The position numbers were made by a program, and so were the translations under genes. Positions 37,103-50,100 of a stretch of DNA of 64,000 nt are shown piece by piece. The number at the start of each line of letters is the position of its first letter. Within the stretch, counting starts at the first letter, position 1. This DNA is from Ginglymostoma cirratum (taxonomy: Eukaryota): positions 1,255,262 to 1,319,261 of the forward strand of contig JAHRHZ010000099.1 of NCBI GenBank assembly GCA_024137785.1. Reading direction: 5' to 3'. The notes beneath the pieces were generated by a model. The model was not told where the DNA came from, made no database searches, and worked only from the letters and a program-made list of their open reading frames with translations.

Positions 37103-40100
37103 TGTTATGGACCAAGCCAGATTCCCTCAAAATATTTTAAGAAGGTAGCCTAGACCTGAACATTTTCGTTTCTGAAGGCAGATGTGAAGTGCATGTTCCA
37201 GGTGTGACACAACTTGTCAAACCACTCGAATGTAAGCAAGACAAAATTTATTTAAGCACTGCAGTTGAAACACGAACAAAAACAAACAGAATTTAGAGTA
37301 ACTTAAATATTGGAAAACGTAACTGGTTCGACACAGCAGCTTAACTAATTAACTGTTCTATTGTAGTAACATCCTATAAACACATCCTTTGGCAAAAATG
37401 CAAATTCAAACACAGATTTTTATAGGCAGGAAGGAACAACGTTCAGAGAGAGATTTCAGAGAAAGTCAGAGGAAGCCTTTACTGAACCAGCAACACTTCT
37501 GGTACTCAAAACATCTTGCGTCTTCTACTGCAAAAAAAAAACTAGAAAGAAACCTGAACTGGGAGAACTGGCAACTCCCCTTCAATTGTTAACTCTCCAG
37601 ACCCTTCAGTACTTCTGCCTTTACAACCTCTCTTAGAAAAAAAAATGGCAAAATAACCTTATGTTAAAGTGACAGCATCATCACACTTCCTCCCTTACAA
37701 AAATGAACAATCAATACACAAAATAAAAACCGAAAGAACTGTGGATGCTGTAAATCAGGAACAAAAACAGAAGTTGGTGGAAAAGCTCAGCAGGTCTGGC
37801 AGCATCTGTGAAGAAAAAAAAAGTTGACTGAGGAACAGTCATTGGACCTGAAACGTTAACTCTGATCTTTTTCTTCATCGATGCTGCCAGACCCTCAGAG
37901 CTTTTCCACCAACTTCTGTTTTTGATCAAGGTACAAAGATGGCTTCATTTTAAAAACCTTAGTCTTATTCTATTTGTACACTACAATACATTTGCACTAC
38001 ATTGACTGTGAACATGCAAATATTTATGACTACATTCAATTTCAGTCCATTTACTCCTGCCATCGAATGCCTCCATCTTTCTTCATCCAGGCGTGACAAC
38101 ATGTCGACAATAATGTATACTTGTCCTATCGCGTGTATAATTTTCAAATTGAATGGCTGTAATAACAAACTCTGGAATTTTTGTTCTTAAGTTTCTCCAA
38201 GGTCTTTAATGGGTAATGATCAGTATATTCAATTATCTCAAATATATTACTGGCAACAAAAATTGTGAAATGTTGTAATGTCTACACCAAGCTCAATGTC
38301 TCCTTCTCAACCATGGAATATTTCTGTTGATGAATATTCAATTTCCTGGAGAAATATTCAATAGGCCTTTCTACCTTTTTGTCTTCTTCTCGTAAGAGTA
38401 TAGCATCAACACCCACTTCACCTGCTTCAACAGCCACCTTGAATGGCTTTGCATAATTAGGTGTGGTTAATACTGGGGCAGTGGTTAACATAGCTTTCAG
38501 GCTGTCAAATGCCTTCTGACAGTCTGCTGTCCGCTGAAATTTTCTGTACATTGCTAAAATTCAGCACGAATTTTTGATAAAACCCATCCAGTCCCAGGAA
38601 TCAGAGTGCTGCTCTCTTCGTCAATGGTATGGGAAACTCCCAATGACCTTTGAGTTCACATTCCATGGGGCCATCTGTCCATGTCCAATAACATTGCCCA
38701 GAAGCATAACTTAGGCTTTGGCAAATTCACTCTGAGCCTGGTTTTATCACCAAGCCTGCCGACTAAAGTCGATTGAAAATTCTGATAAATGCTGTAAATG
38801 TTCCTTCCATGTGTGACTAAGAATCACCAGGTCGTTGATGTATACCACACTGCTGTGTAATCCAGCATTGACTTTGTTTGTTAATCTTTGAAATGTGGCT
38901 GGCTCATTTTCCGTACCAAATGTCATTACTTTAAATTTATACAGTCCATCTGGTGTCACAAAATCCACAATTGGCTTTGTTCTTTCAGATGAAGGTGCCT
39001 GCCAGTATCCTCCGAGTAAGTCCAACTTAGAAATATAAGTTGCTTTTCCCACCTTCTCAATACAGTCTTCCAAACGTGAAATCAGATATAAATCAGACTT
39101 TGTAACGTAGAACCATACAAGATAGGAGCAGGGGTGCCATTCGGCCCTTCAAACCTGTTCCACCATTCATCACGATCTTGGCTGATCTTCCAAATCAATA
39201 ACCTAATCCTGCTTTCTCCCCATAACCTTTGATTCCATCGCCCCAAGTGCTATATCTAGCAGCCTCTTGAATACATTCAATGTTTTGGCATCAATTACTT
39301 CCTGTGGTAATGAATTCCACAGGCTCACCACTCTTTAGGTGCAGAAATGTCTCCTCATCTCCATCCTAAATCTTCTACCCCAAATCCTCAGACTGTGATT
39401 GTGACTGGGACACACTCACCATCGGGAGCATCCTCCCTGCATCTACCCTGTCTAATCCTGTTAGAAGCCCGTATGAGATCCCCCCTTTTTTGACTGGACT
39501 CCAGCGAAAACAATTCCAACCTAGCCAATCTCTTCTCACACATCAGTCCCACCATCCCCAGAATCATCCTGGTAAACCTTTGCTGTACTCCCTCAAGAAC
39601 AAGAGCATACTTCCTCATGAAACCTCAGCCCATCCTTCCTCAGACCAAAATTGCTTATTTTAGATGCGGCCTTACCAATGCCCTGTATAAATGCAACAAC
39701 ACATCTCTGCTCCACTTACAATGAAGGCCAACATACCATTTGTCTTTTTTAAATTCCTGCTGCACCTGCATGCTTACATTCAGTGACTGGTGCACAAGGA
39801 CAACCGAGTCCTGCTGCAAGCTCCCCTCTCCCAATTTACAGCTGTTTAGGTAGTAATCTGCCTTCTTGTTTTTGCTTCCAAAGTGAATAATTTTACATTT
39901 ATCTAAATTATACTGCATCTGACATTGCTTTGCCCACTCACCTAATGTGTCCTGACCATGCTGAAGGGCTTCTGCATTCTCGTCACAGTTCACCCTCCCA
40001 TCCAACTTGGTATCATCTGCAAACTTGGAGATATTACATTTTGTTCCCTCATCCAAATCATTAATATATATTGTGAATAGCTAGGGTCCCAGAACTGATC

Positions 40101-41760
40101 CCCGTGGCACCCCACAAGTTACTGCCTGCCAAAACCCGCACTGACTTTGCGATAGTCTACACTTTAGAGGGTTAAGTCTATAAGGATGTTGCTTAATTGG
40201 AACAGCATTTCTTATGTCTACATCATGCATAATTAAATTAATACTTCCTAGCATATTCCCACATATCTTCCAATGCAATAGTAATAACTCTTTCAGGTCA
40301 TTTCAATTTTCCTCTGGAAGGTAACTCAATAACATATCCCATTTTTTGAGAACTTCCTCATTGTCCAATGTAATTTGAGGAATGTCCAATTCAGAAGCCT
40401 CTGAACTTGGCTGTCCACTCTGTGTTGTAACTAGTAACACATTCTCCTTTCGTTTTCCTTCCCTATGAAAATACAATTTAAGCATATTCACATGATACAT
40501 TCTGTCAGTCTTCTTTCTATCTGGAGCCCTTATCAAATAGTTCAGGTCACTCAACCTCCTGTTGATTTGATAAGGTCCACTAAACCTTGCTTTTAAAGGT
40601 TCACCTATCACTGGAAGTAACATTAACGCTTTATCCACGCTAGCAAAATTGTGAATTTTTGATCTCTTGACTGCTTCCTGTTCCATCATATGCTGTGTTA
40701 TTTTTACATGCTGTCTAGCCAACTCCCCCACTCTATTTAATCATTCCCTAAAATTTGACACATTGTCCAAATGTGTGGTCTCTGAATTCTGACTCAACAT
40801 TTTCACCTTAAATACTTTCAGTGGCCTCTCACCTAGTGCCCAATCTAATTCAAATCGATTGAATTTGCTCGATTCATTTGGTACATCCCTATTTGCAAAA
40901 AAAAGTACAAATAGAACTTTTTACCCCAATCATCTGGATAGTATTGAATATAAGCCCTTAACGTGGTCTTTAATGTTCGATGCTCCCTTTCTAGCACTCT
41001 ATGTGATTCTGGATGGCATGTAGTGGATTTGAATTGTTTTATTCCTAAACTGTCCATAACTTCTGTGAATAATTTTGATGTAAAATTTGACCCTCGATCT
41101 GATTGTATCTCTGCAGGCAATCAATATCAAGTGAAAAATTTGCATAACTCTTCTACGATCCTTTTAGCTGTGATATTGTGTAATGGAATAGACTCCTGAA
41201 ATCCAGTGGACACACCTATTATTGTCAACAAATGCTGATTCCCACTTTTTGTTTCGGGTAGGGGTCCTATGCAATCAATAAGACCCTTGTAAAACGTTTC
41301 TCAAATGTAGGAATGAGTATTAAAAGTGCGGGTTTATTAATGCCTGTGGTTTTCCAATTACCTGACACATATGACATGTCTGGAAAAATTCAATACACCT
41401 TGTGCAGTCCAGGCCAGTAAAAATGTTTTTGTATTTTGGCTTGAGGTTTTCTTACCCCTAAATGACCTCCTACTAGTAATTCATGTGCTACCTGCGGCAC
41501 CTTCTTTCTATAACTCACTCCAAATAGAACTTGATGAATTTTTGCCCATTTCTCATCTGTCTGAATATGTGATGGTCTCCATTTCCTCATAAAGGCATCA
41601 TGTTTAAGATAGCAGCATTCGGGAATACACTCAGATTCTTCTTCTATGTGTGTTTTTTGATACAATTGCTTCAGTTTTTCATCTTTCTGTTGTAACTCAA
41701 TTCATTTCTCTGAGCTAAACATACCTACTTTGTCAAAGACTGCGTGGGAGAAACAGGTTT
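37103..41760 (-). mobile_element. Degenerate Ty3/Gypsy LTR retrotransposon with Gmr1-type IN-RT-RH order
   Basis: Minus strand in order: integrase (AHELLVGGHLG..HFYWPG, EIQSDRGSNFTS; 41665-40303), RT (HPYRLNP, VDYRKV, KLDLLGGYWQ, VYINDL; 40278-38747), RNase H (YFSRKL..YSMVEKETL; 38551-38282), PPT AAGGGAGGAAG (37686-37696), 3' LTR 37103-37685. No 5' LTR seen. Confidence 0.85.
39107..40136 (-). mobile_element. CR1 LINE 3' fragment nested inside the Gypsy RT
   Basis: PRGSVLGP, KFADDTK and LYRALVRPHL motifs plus 3' UTR; splits the Gypsy RT between VDYRKV and VTKSD. Confidence 0.85.
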
Positions 41761-41762
41761 TT

Positions 41763-42153
41763 TTAGAATCCCTACAGTGTGGAAACAGGTCCTTCGGCCC
41801 AACAAGTCCACACCGACTTTTGGAGCATCCCACCCAGTCCCAGCCCCCTATAACCCACAGAGATAAAAAGGTACTGCAGAATCCGAGATAACACGGTGTG
41901 GGGCTGGATGAACACAGCAGGCCAAGCAGCCTATAGCCCACACACCCCTGAACACTATGGGCAATTTAACATGGCCAATCCACCTAGCCTACACATCTTT
42001 TGACTGTGGGAGGAAACCGGAGCACCTGGAGGAAACCCATACAGACACGGGAAGAATGTGCAAACTCCACACAGACAGTCACCTGAGGCTGGAATCAAAC
42101 CAGGGTCCCTGGTGCTGCGGGGCTGCAGTGCCAACCACTGAGCCACCATGCCG
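41763..42153 (-). mobile_element. tRNA-derived V-SINE (HE1-like)
   Basis: A box TGGCTCAGTGG, B box GGTTTGATTCC, V-domain-like GTGGAGTTTGCAC...GGGTTTCCTCC..TCCGGTTTCCTCCCAC and a CR1-like tail; a pLTR fragment is nested at about 41860-41930. Confidence 0.75.
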
Positions 42154-45100
42154 CTCGATCTGCGGACGTTTGTAGCCAGTACCTCTTAATTTGAATTTTG
42201 AAGCAATGTTGTTCTACTCCACTTCGAATTTTTACTGTCAAGTCCGTTGTGGTAAGTAGTGTCATTTCCGATTTTACTCTATATGGGTTTGTATATGGGG
42301 TCCAATTCTATATGTTTGTTGATTGCATTATGGGTTGAGAACCATGCGTCCAGGAATTCCTGTGCTTGTCTATGTTTGGCTTGGGCTACTGTAGTTAGTT
42401 AGAGATGCTTATTTAAGAAGGACTATTGACCGAAAAAGTGCCAGTATGTGGAATTCATGGTAAGATGAGAAGTGTGGAGTGAGCTTGGAATGTCCAGTGA
42501 AAAGTGGAGAAGTGGTGGTAGGAGTACTGGAGAAACTCTTGGCTCCAGGAACACAAATTACCCTTGGCAATGGTATAGCTGGATTACAGGTAGGAGTACT
42601 GCCTACTGTGGTTGGAAAGCCAGTGGAAAATCAGGCAACTGAGTTATTATAGGAAATATATCTTGAGATTTTTCCTGACTGTATGATAATAGGGTCACAA
42701 AGCCGCCAGTTGAAACAAGAGGAGCAATCAAAGAATACAGATAAGGAAGTTCAAGTAGAATTGTCAGACACCATGTTTAATTGTACAGTTGAGAAGAAAC
42801 AAGACCAGGTGGAGGACAAAGTGGTCTTTATTCTCATTGAACCTGTGCACTTTACTCTTGCCTTAGGCAATAATCCAGAGATTATTACATTTTGGTTCTG
42901 CTTTTTTAATTTAGCCCCTAGCTGCTCATATTCCCTCAGCATAACCTCTTTCCTCTTTCTATCTATATGATTGGTACCTACTTGGACCGTGACAACTGGA
43001 TCTTTCCCCTTACACTCCAAGTTCCTTTAACACCCAGAACCTGGGCACCAGGAAAAACTTTCCATCCTGGCCACAGAGGACAGCGCCATTCCCCTGTCTG
43101 TACGATCCCCAATCACCACTATATTTCTACACCCCACCCCCACCCCCCACCCCCCACCACATCTTGAATGGCACCTTTTTGCCATGGTCATTTCGGAGAT
43201 GTTGCAGGGGGCATATACCAAAATGTTGCCTGGGCTGGAGAGTCTCAGTTATGAAGAGAGTTTGGGCAGAGCAGTGTTGTTTTCCAACAAGCAGTTGAGA
43301 TTACGAAAGGACATAATTGAGATATACAAAATTAGGAGGACTATAGTGAAAAATATCCATGATGACGTGTATCTTGGGGATTGAAAATGGTAACTGCAGA
43401 AATGCATTTTTTTTCAGTTGCCAGAAACTCCTTGTGTCTTCAAGTTTCTGAGAATTTAATGGTAGAAAGCATAATCCTGATATTTAAGAAAGGTGAAAGA
43501 AGTAAGGATTTCCAGGCCTGTTAACCTAACTTCAGCAATAAGAAAAATACTTGACCCTTGTTATTGACGAGGTCAAGAACAGGTTACTTAAAAGAATCAG
43601 TTCTTGTGGTGTTAAAATAGTGGAACCAACAAAAACGGTTTATTAGGACTTCAAAAATGACAGGGTCAATTAGTTGCCACAGAGAAGTTTAAAACACTAA
43701 ATCAATGATCATTGACTTGGTCACAATGAAATTGGTTACTAAGCAACAAACAGGCATGAATAATGAAAAGGCTGTTTACTGGTTGACAGGCTTTAACTAG
43801 CAGCATGTCACAGGAATCAATACTTGTGCCTGTACATTTTCTAATATTTTTTAATAACAAATGAGGAGGCTGAGTAGCACGATGCAGCCAAGTATTATAA
43901 TGGTTAAAGTCAGGTGGAAAGCAATCTGTGAGGAGCATACAAAGAAGCTGCAGGAGGGGGATGGAAAGCTTTGAGATTTGGGCAAGGACATGACCGATAG
44001 AAGATATTATGAATAAATGTGTGATGCTATTCACATTGATTGGAAAAGTGATGTTGAAAATTTGGGGATCTTTCCATTCAGATAGCCGTGGGTGCCTTTG
44101 TAAATGAATGACTGTAAATGAACATGCAGGCATAGCAAGCAATTCGGAAGGCAAATGGTGTGTTAACTTGTATTGGCAAGCAATTTGAGTTTCAGACTTA
44201 AGAATTTTCGCTACAATTATATAAAACATTATTAATGTCACAGCTGGAGAACTGTGTGCAGATCGTGTCTCCTTATTTAAAGAAGGCTGTGTTTGCTCCA
44301 ATTGCTTCGTGTTTACTAGACTCGCTGCTTGAACAAACTAGGAATATACTCCCTGCAGTTTACAGGAATAAAATATATTTTGATTGTAAAACGTAAATTG
44401 TTAAGAGGCTTACTGCTCATAAAATGCTTCACATGGCAAAGGAATTGGAATCAGAGTCCTGCAAATGGTGTTCTCAGAGTTTACTCTCTCTTTCAAGGGA
44501 AAAGTTCGCTCGACTTTTAGTTTAAGGATCAACGTCAGAAATCGCACTACACCAGATTATAGTCTAAGACCTTTATTTTTGTGATTTTAACAAGCTTTCG
44601 GAGCGCAACCCCTTTGTCAGGTGCAGTGAGAGCGAAGAATACACAGACACAGAGTTTGTGGGCAGAGAGATCAAGGGCAGAGAGATGAAAAGATCGTACA
44701 ACTGGTGTGAGTGGATTGTCGGATAATAAGTCTCTGCAGGTGACCAAGAGAGTTCGACAGCGAGTAAAGTGTCAACAGCTGAATAACCAGCGAAGGCATG
44801 ATTTATAATCCGATTAAGTAAGGCAGAGAGATAATCAAAACATAGTTAAAAACAAAGTGGTGCCGGAATCAGACTAAATGACTGGAATAACCTGATAGTT
44901 ATAACAAAATTTGAGGATCATCACGCGACAGGCAAGGTGCCAGAATGCGAGAAGAAGGGACCTTCATGGTAATCGCAGTTGGTGCGGAAATTGCATCCGC
45001 GCCATTAGCGCCAGGCTGCATCACAAACCACTTATCCAGCCAACCGAACTCACCAAACCACTTTAGGTGCGCAATGAAGTTCAACTGAGGACATATGTCA

Positions 45101-46149
45101 ATTAACATCTTTGTCATTTGGACCACGGAGTCAAGAAAACAATGGTGGCATTAGTAACTGAACGCTAAATGCTAGATTCCAAAGCTGAACAGGGCATTCC
45201 AGCAGAGGGTTTGAATGTATCTTATAATTGCGCAGTTGTTTAACAGACGAAGAACAATATAGGGTTAAACTGAGGAAAATAATTGAGGAACGGGCAATTA
45301 TTTAATAACGAATATAAGAAGTGCACAGAATGAAAGATCATCTATTGCACAATTAATGTATCCGATATCATTATTACTTGCTGCCTATGAACGCAAATGA
45401 GAAGTTACTTGTCTTCCCCGTAGGGTCACTAGCGCAGAATGCTTATTGAGTACTCTGACTGAGGGGTTAGTGCTCCAATCCGCAAACCAAATTCTCAGCC
45501 GGGAAGGCACAGTTAGAGAGAGGGTCCGTTTGGGGGTTGGTGTTCGTGGTTTATGCTGACTTTTTTTTTAGAAGCTTGGAATTGAATCCAGAACTTTAAA
45601 ACATCAGTTTGGTAATAGGTCATCAGTAACTGAGTGGCCAGAAACTGGCCCCCTCCACCATTCTCATTACACGGCGCTGTCCAATCACATTCAGATCATT
45701 TGGAAACTGAAACGAATTACCAAGACGACTCCGATTGGCTGGGTGTTTAGACGAGCTGACATCGGATTGGTGGCGTTTGAATTTCGTTGAGGATTCGAGG
45801 CGCTCATTGGCCCAATTCTGTGGGCGCCTGCCTGGCTTCGGATCATTTCACCTCTAATCGGGCCAATGATTTGTTCTGAAAGTTCACTGTAAGTATTCCC
45901 GCATAGGTTCTATTAATGACTGAGCGGAAATCAAAGAGCAGAGCTTCAACCTACAGCGCGCTCTTTGTTTGAGTGTATTCATACAGCTGGGAGTGCGAGT
46001 TCCCAACGCAAAAATACTGAAACCACAACCCCACTTTCCGTCTTAGAACGAACTCCCAACCTCGGGAATGGGAAACGTTCCTGAATTAGTTCACCTAATT
46101 GGGCGAGTTGGCGATATTGCGGATTACCGAACAGGGTTCAATCTAATGT

Positions 46150-47180
46150 TAGGATGTTCACTTGGACTTCAGTAAAGCCTGTGAAAAGGTTCCGCGCGGT
46201 AGACTAATCAGCAAAGTTAGATCACATGGGATTCAGAGTGAGCTCGCCAATTGGATACAAAATTACCTTTACGGTAGGAGACAGAAAGTGTTGGTAGAGG
46301 GTTGTTTTTCGGACTAGAGGCCCGTTACCAGCGTTGTTCCACAGGAATTGGCACTGAGTCCACTTCTGTTTGTCACTTACACGGATGAATTAGATGTGAA
46401 TATAGAAGGTACGGTTGGTAAGATTGCGGATGACACCAAAATTGGCTGCGTAGTGGAAAATGAAGAAAGTTATCCAAGATTACAACAAAATCTTGAACAA
46501 CTGGGTAAATGCGCGGAGGAGTGGTAGATAGAGTTTAATTGAATAAATGTGAGGTATTGCATTTTGCTAAAACAAGCAAGGGCAAGGGCAGGACTCATAT
46601 AATAAAAAGGCCTTGGGTACTATTATAGAACAGACAGACCGAGGGGGTCGGGAACATAATTCGGGAACAAAGTGTGCATCACATGTTAAGAAGGTGTTTA
46701 GCACGTTTGCCTTCATTGCTCAGACTTTGAGTATAGGATTTGGGACTTCATGTTCAGGTTGTACAGTATGTTGGTGAGACCTTTGTTGGAGTTCTGGTCG
46801 CCCTGTTATGGCAGGATATTATTAAGCTGGAGAGAGTTCAGAAGAGATTTACCAGGATGTTGCTGGGAATGAAGGGTTTGAGTTATAGAAGAAGGCTGGA
46901 TAGGCTGAGACTTTTCTCACTGGAGCATAGGAGGTTGAGGGGTGACTTTACAGAAGTTTTGTAAGACCATGACGGTACGGAAAAGGTGAATGGCGGTACC
47001 TTTTCCCTGTGATGGGGTATTTCAAGACTAGGGAGCATATTGTTAAAGTGAGCAGAGAAAAATTATAAAAAGACATGAGGAGCAACCTTTTTTTAACACA
47101 GACAGTGGTTAATGAGTGGAGTGAACTTCCAAAGGAAGTGGTGGGTGCGGGTACAATTACAACATCTAAAAAAATATATA
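46150..47180 (+). mobile_element. CR1 RT/3' fragment within the cluster flank (partial paralog at about 23790-24230)
   Basis: DFSKA, ADDTK, LERVQKRFTRML and VVNEWSELP motifs. Confidence 0.75.
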
Positions 47181-50100
47181 AATGCACTGCTCTGAGCGGT
47201 CCACGGGGTCAATATGCAGATCTGCTGGTGACGGCAGTCAGCCAGCAGTGGCAGCTGCTCAGTGTCTATAATGGAATGTTGTTGAAGGAACAGAATCGTA
47301 GGTTTTCGACAAAGGTGATCTGGAAATCTTTTGAAGTCGGAAGGGAGACGCCATGGAATCGAACAGCAGGGGGCGCATTCTATATTTGAGGGCCAAGGTG
47401 GCAATGCGGTACACTTGTGTTCACCTTGAACTTGCTGTTTGAAGAAAGGAGAGTCTGTGCTGATCGAAACCCTGTCTCTCCATCTCCATGTCCATGACCC
47501 TCACACTGAGCAAGGTGTCCGTGAAGCTCAAGTCATGGGCTCAGTAGAAGAAAGTTTGTCGCAGCTGTCCAAAACAGACGGTGAGTCACCTGCATATTTG
47601 GCAGGTAGAAGTTTTACGATATCGTAAGCATCGATGTCAGATCGATCTCCGGAAGTTAGAACGGCAGGTGCACAAGTTTTGCGGATGAGACAGTGATAAC
47701 CTACTTGCAGAAAGCAAAAGGTGCTTTGGGAAAATTTTGATTTGTTCCAAAAAGAATTAAATGTTTTGAGGCTAGAATCTGATCGCAGGTCTTTCCTACA
47801 CTGCTGGCATGCCGGCCCTCTTGAATCAGAATGTTACATTCAGTCCAGACTGCGCCTGCTCTGCCAACCAGTGTACTTGCTTGAGCAGGTCGCTGAACTT
47901 ACAGCGGCTGCAACTTAGTCCCACAGCAACCCAGCGCCGAATTATCTGCCATTGAGCATGGCCTGTGGGGCAGGAGAGGGCAGGTCATGGATACCAGAAA
48001 GATGCAAATAGGCTTCAGGTCTTTACATCCTTCACATCCACTCGCCCCGCCCTCTTTGTGATAACCCCCCACGGGCACAGGCAGCAAGATGATTTCCCCC
48101 CTAACTTCGCGTCGCCTTCTTTATTTATAGTCAATTGTGAATTCAGACCACGTCTGTTGGTCCTGTTCCACATAAACTGCAGTCATTGCCAATTGTCCCA
48201 ATATCCTACAATAACATGCAAGTAATCAGTGAAGTGGTAAAAGTTTAATATTTTAAAAGACGACAAATCAGCAAGTCTTTGCAAATGCTTTGTAGTGGTT
48301 TGATCTTCATTGTTTCCCAAGGAGGTTTTGATGACAAAATAAAGTCAATTGTTTCACTTTGAACTGAGACCGTGATGTCTGAATTCTGGTTGAAAGTTAC
48401 GGGACTTTGCCTTTTCAGTGCCTAGCAGCTCAAAGCCCTTCAGAAAATGCTATGTTTCAATGAGATGACTTTGATTCGAGGGAACTCCAGAAAGTATGGA
48501 CTCGGGTTCACATCATAGGACAACCCTGTGTCTCCAGGAAGTTATCAAAATACCCTTTCCTGTAGCAGCTCCAATGCAAGGATATCCTTCTTTAAATATG
48601 AAGTCCAAAGTATGCACTGCATCACCCGACACCCTTCTCCTATACCCACAGGCTATTCGCACGCAATTAGAGAGAGAGTTATTTCGTCTTACTCTCCAAT
48701 CCTCTTGCTTTGCAAATTGTTTGCTGTACTTGTTCTGTATTCCTCATACTAGTTCACTGAAAACTTTGTGGCCATTAATATTTCGACTTTACTTGTAGGT
48801 AATAAATAATCTGCTTTGTTGTTTATTCTAACAAGTGGATACTTCACATTTGCCCCCATTGAACATCAACATCATTTCGGATTCAGTCAACGCCTCTTTA
48901 TGTATTTCAGGCTGTTTGTGTCCTCATCCTCTTCGCAGTCTGCGTTCCCATTTACGTTTGTATTATCAGCAAACTTGGATCCTTTTTTTTTCATTTGAAT
49001 GAAGCCATTAATGTATTGTATAAATCGCTGAAGTTCCAGCTTTGAATCAGGTCCAAACAACTTGGTTACAATCTATGCATATTTAGGGATGGCCGCCGAC
49101 AGAAGGGTTTATACCTTCTCGTTAATTTTGGGGTTTTTTTGAACCGATAAATCGATGCGGAGGAGTTCAATGTCAGGCCGATGTATTCATCGACAACAAA
49201 AACAGTTGTTGGAAAAGCTGAGCAGGTCTGGCAGCATCTGTGAAGAAGAACATTAGAATTAACGTTTCGGGCCCGGTGACCCTTCCTCAGAACTGATGTT
49301 AGGTAGAAAAACGTCGAACTATATGCAGAAGATAGGAAGGGGGATGGGATAGGAGTAAACGATAGAGCCCAATGAGAGAGAAGAGCAGTTGGATAAACAA
49401 AGGAGTTGATAACAATTTGGCTAAGAGGGTGAATAGCTGTTAATGGGACAACAAGCATGGGGCTGGATGAAGAGGGTGAATAGCTGTTAATGGGACAACA
49501 AGCATGGGGCTGGATGAACGGTTTAGGCCCGAAACGTCAAGTTTTCCTGCTCCTATGATGCTGCTTGACCTGCTGTGTTCATCCAGCCCCATGCTTGTTA
49601 TCTCGGATTCTCCAGCATCTACAGTACCTTTTATCTCTGATACAATATCAGCTGTTAATGGGACAGTTAGTTACTAACAATAGGTAGTGTGTAATGGCAG
49701 GCTATGTGATAATAACTTCTGGTGTGTGGGGTAGGGGCAAGGGACATGGGAGAGTTTAGGCACTGAGGTCCTGAAGAAGGGTTTCGGCCCGAAGCATTGA
49801 CCTCCGCTCCTCGGATGTTATCTGACCTGCTGTGCTTTTCCAGCTCCTCATTCATTGACGAGAGGTAGAAGATCGTCCTGCTGTGAGCACTGGAGCGAAG
49901 TTTAAGTGACGGTACTATAGAAGGCAAAGAAATCAAACTCAAATTTTGACATAGTAATTTAGCCAATGGATAATCCGTAGAAATCACAGTCTGAAATCTC
50001 AGAAAATGTTTTATATGCAAAAATCTGTCATACAATCAAGTGAAAATCCTTCCAACAAATACAAATGCCCACAATACACGCTGTTTCCTGACATATCACC

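Noticed and set aside
47190-48090. Possible Tx1/L1 ORF1 zinc-knuckle remnant
   Set aside because: Only vague Cys/His spacing and too decayed to support a call.
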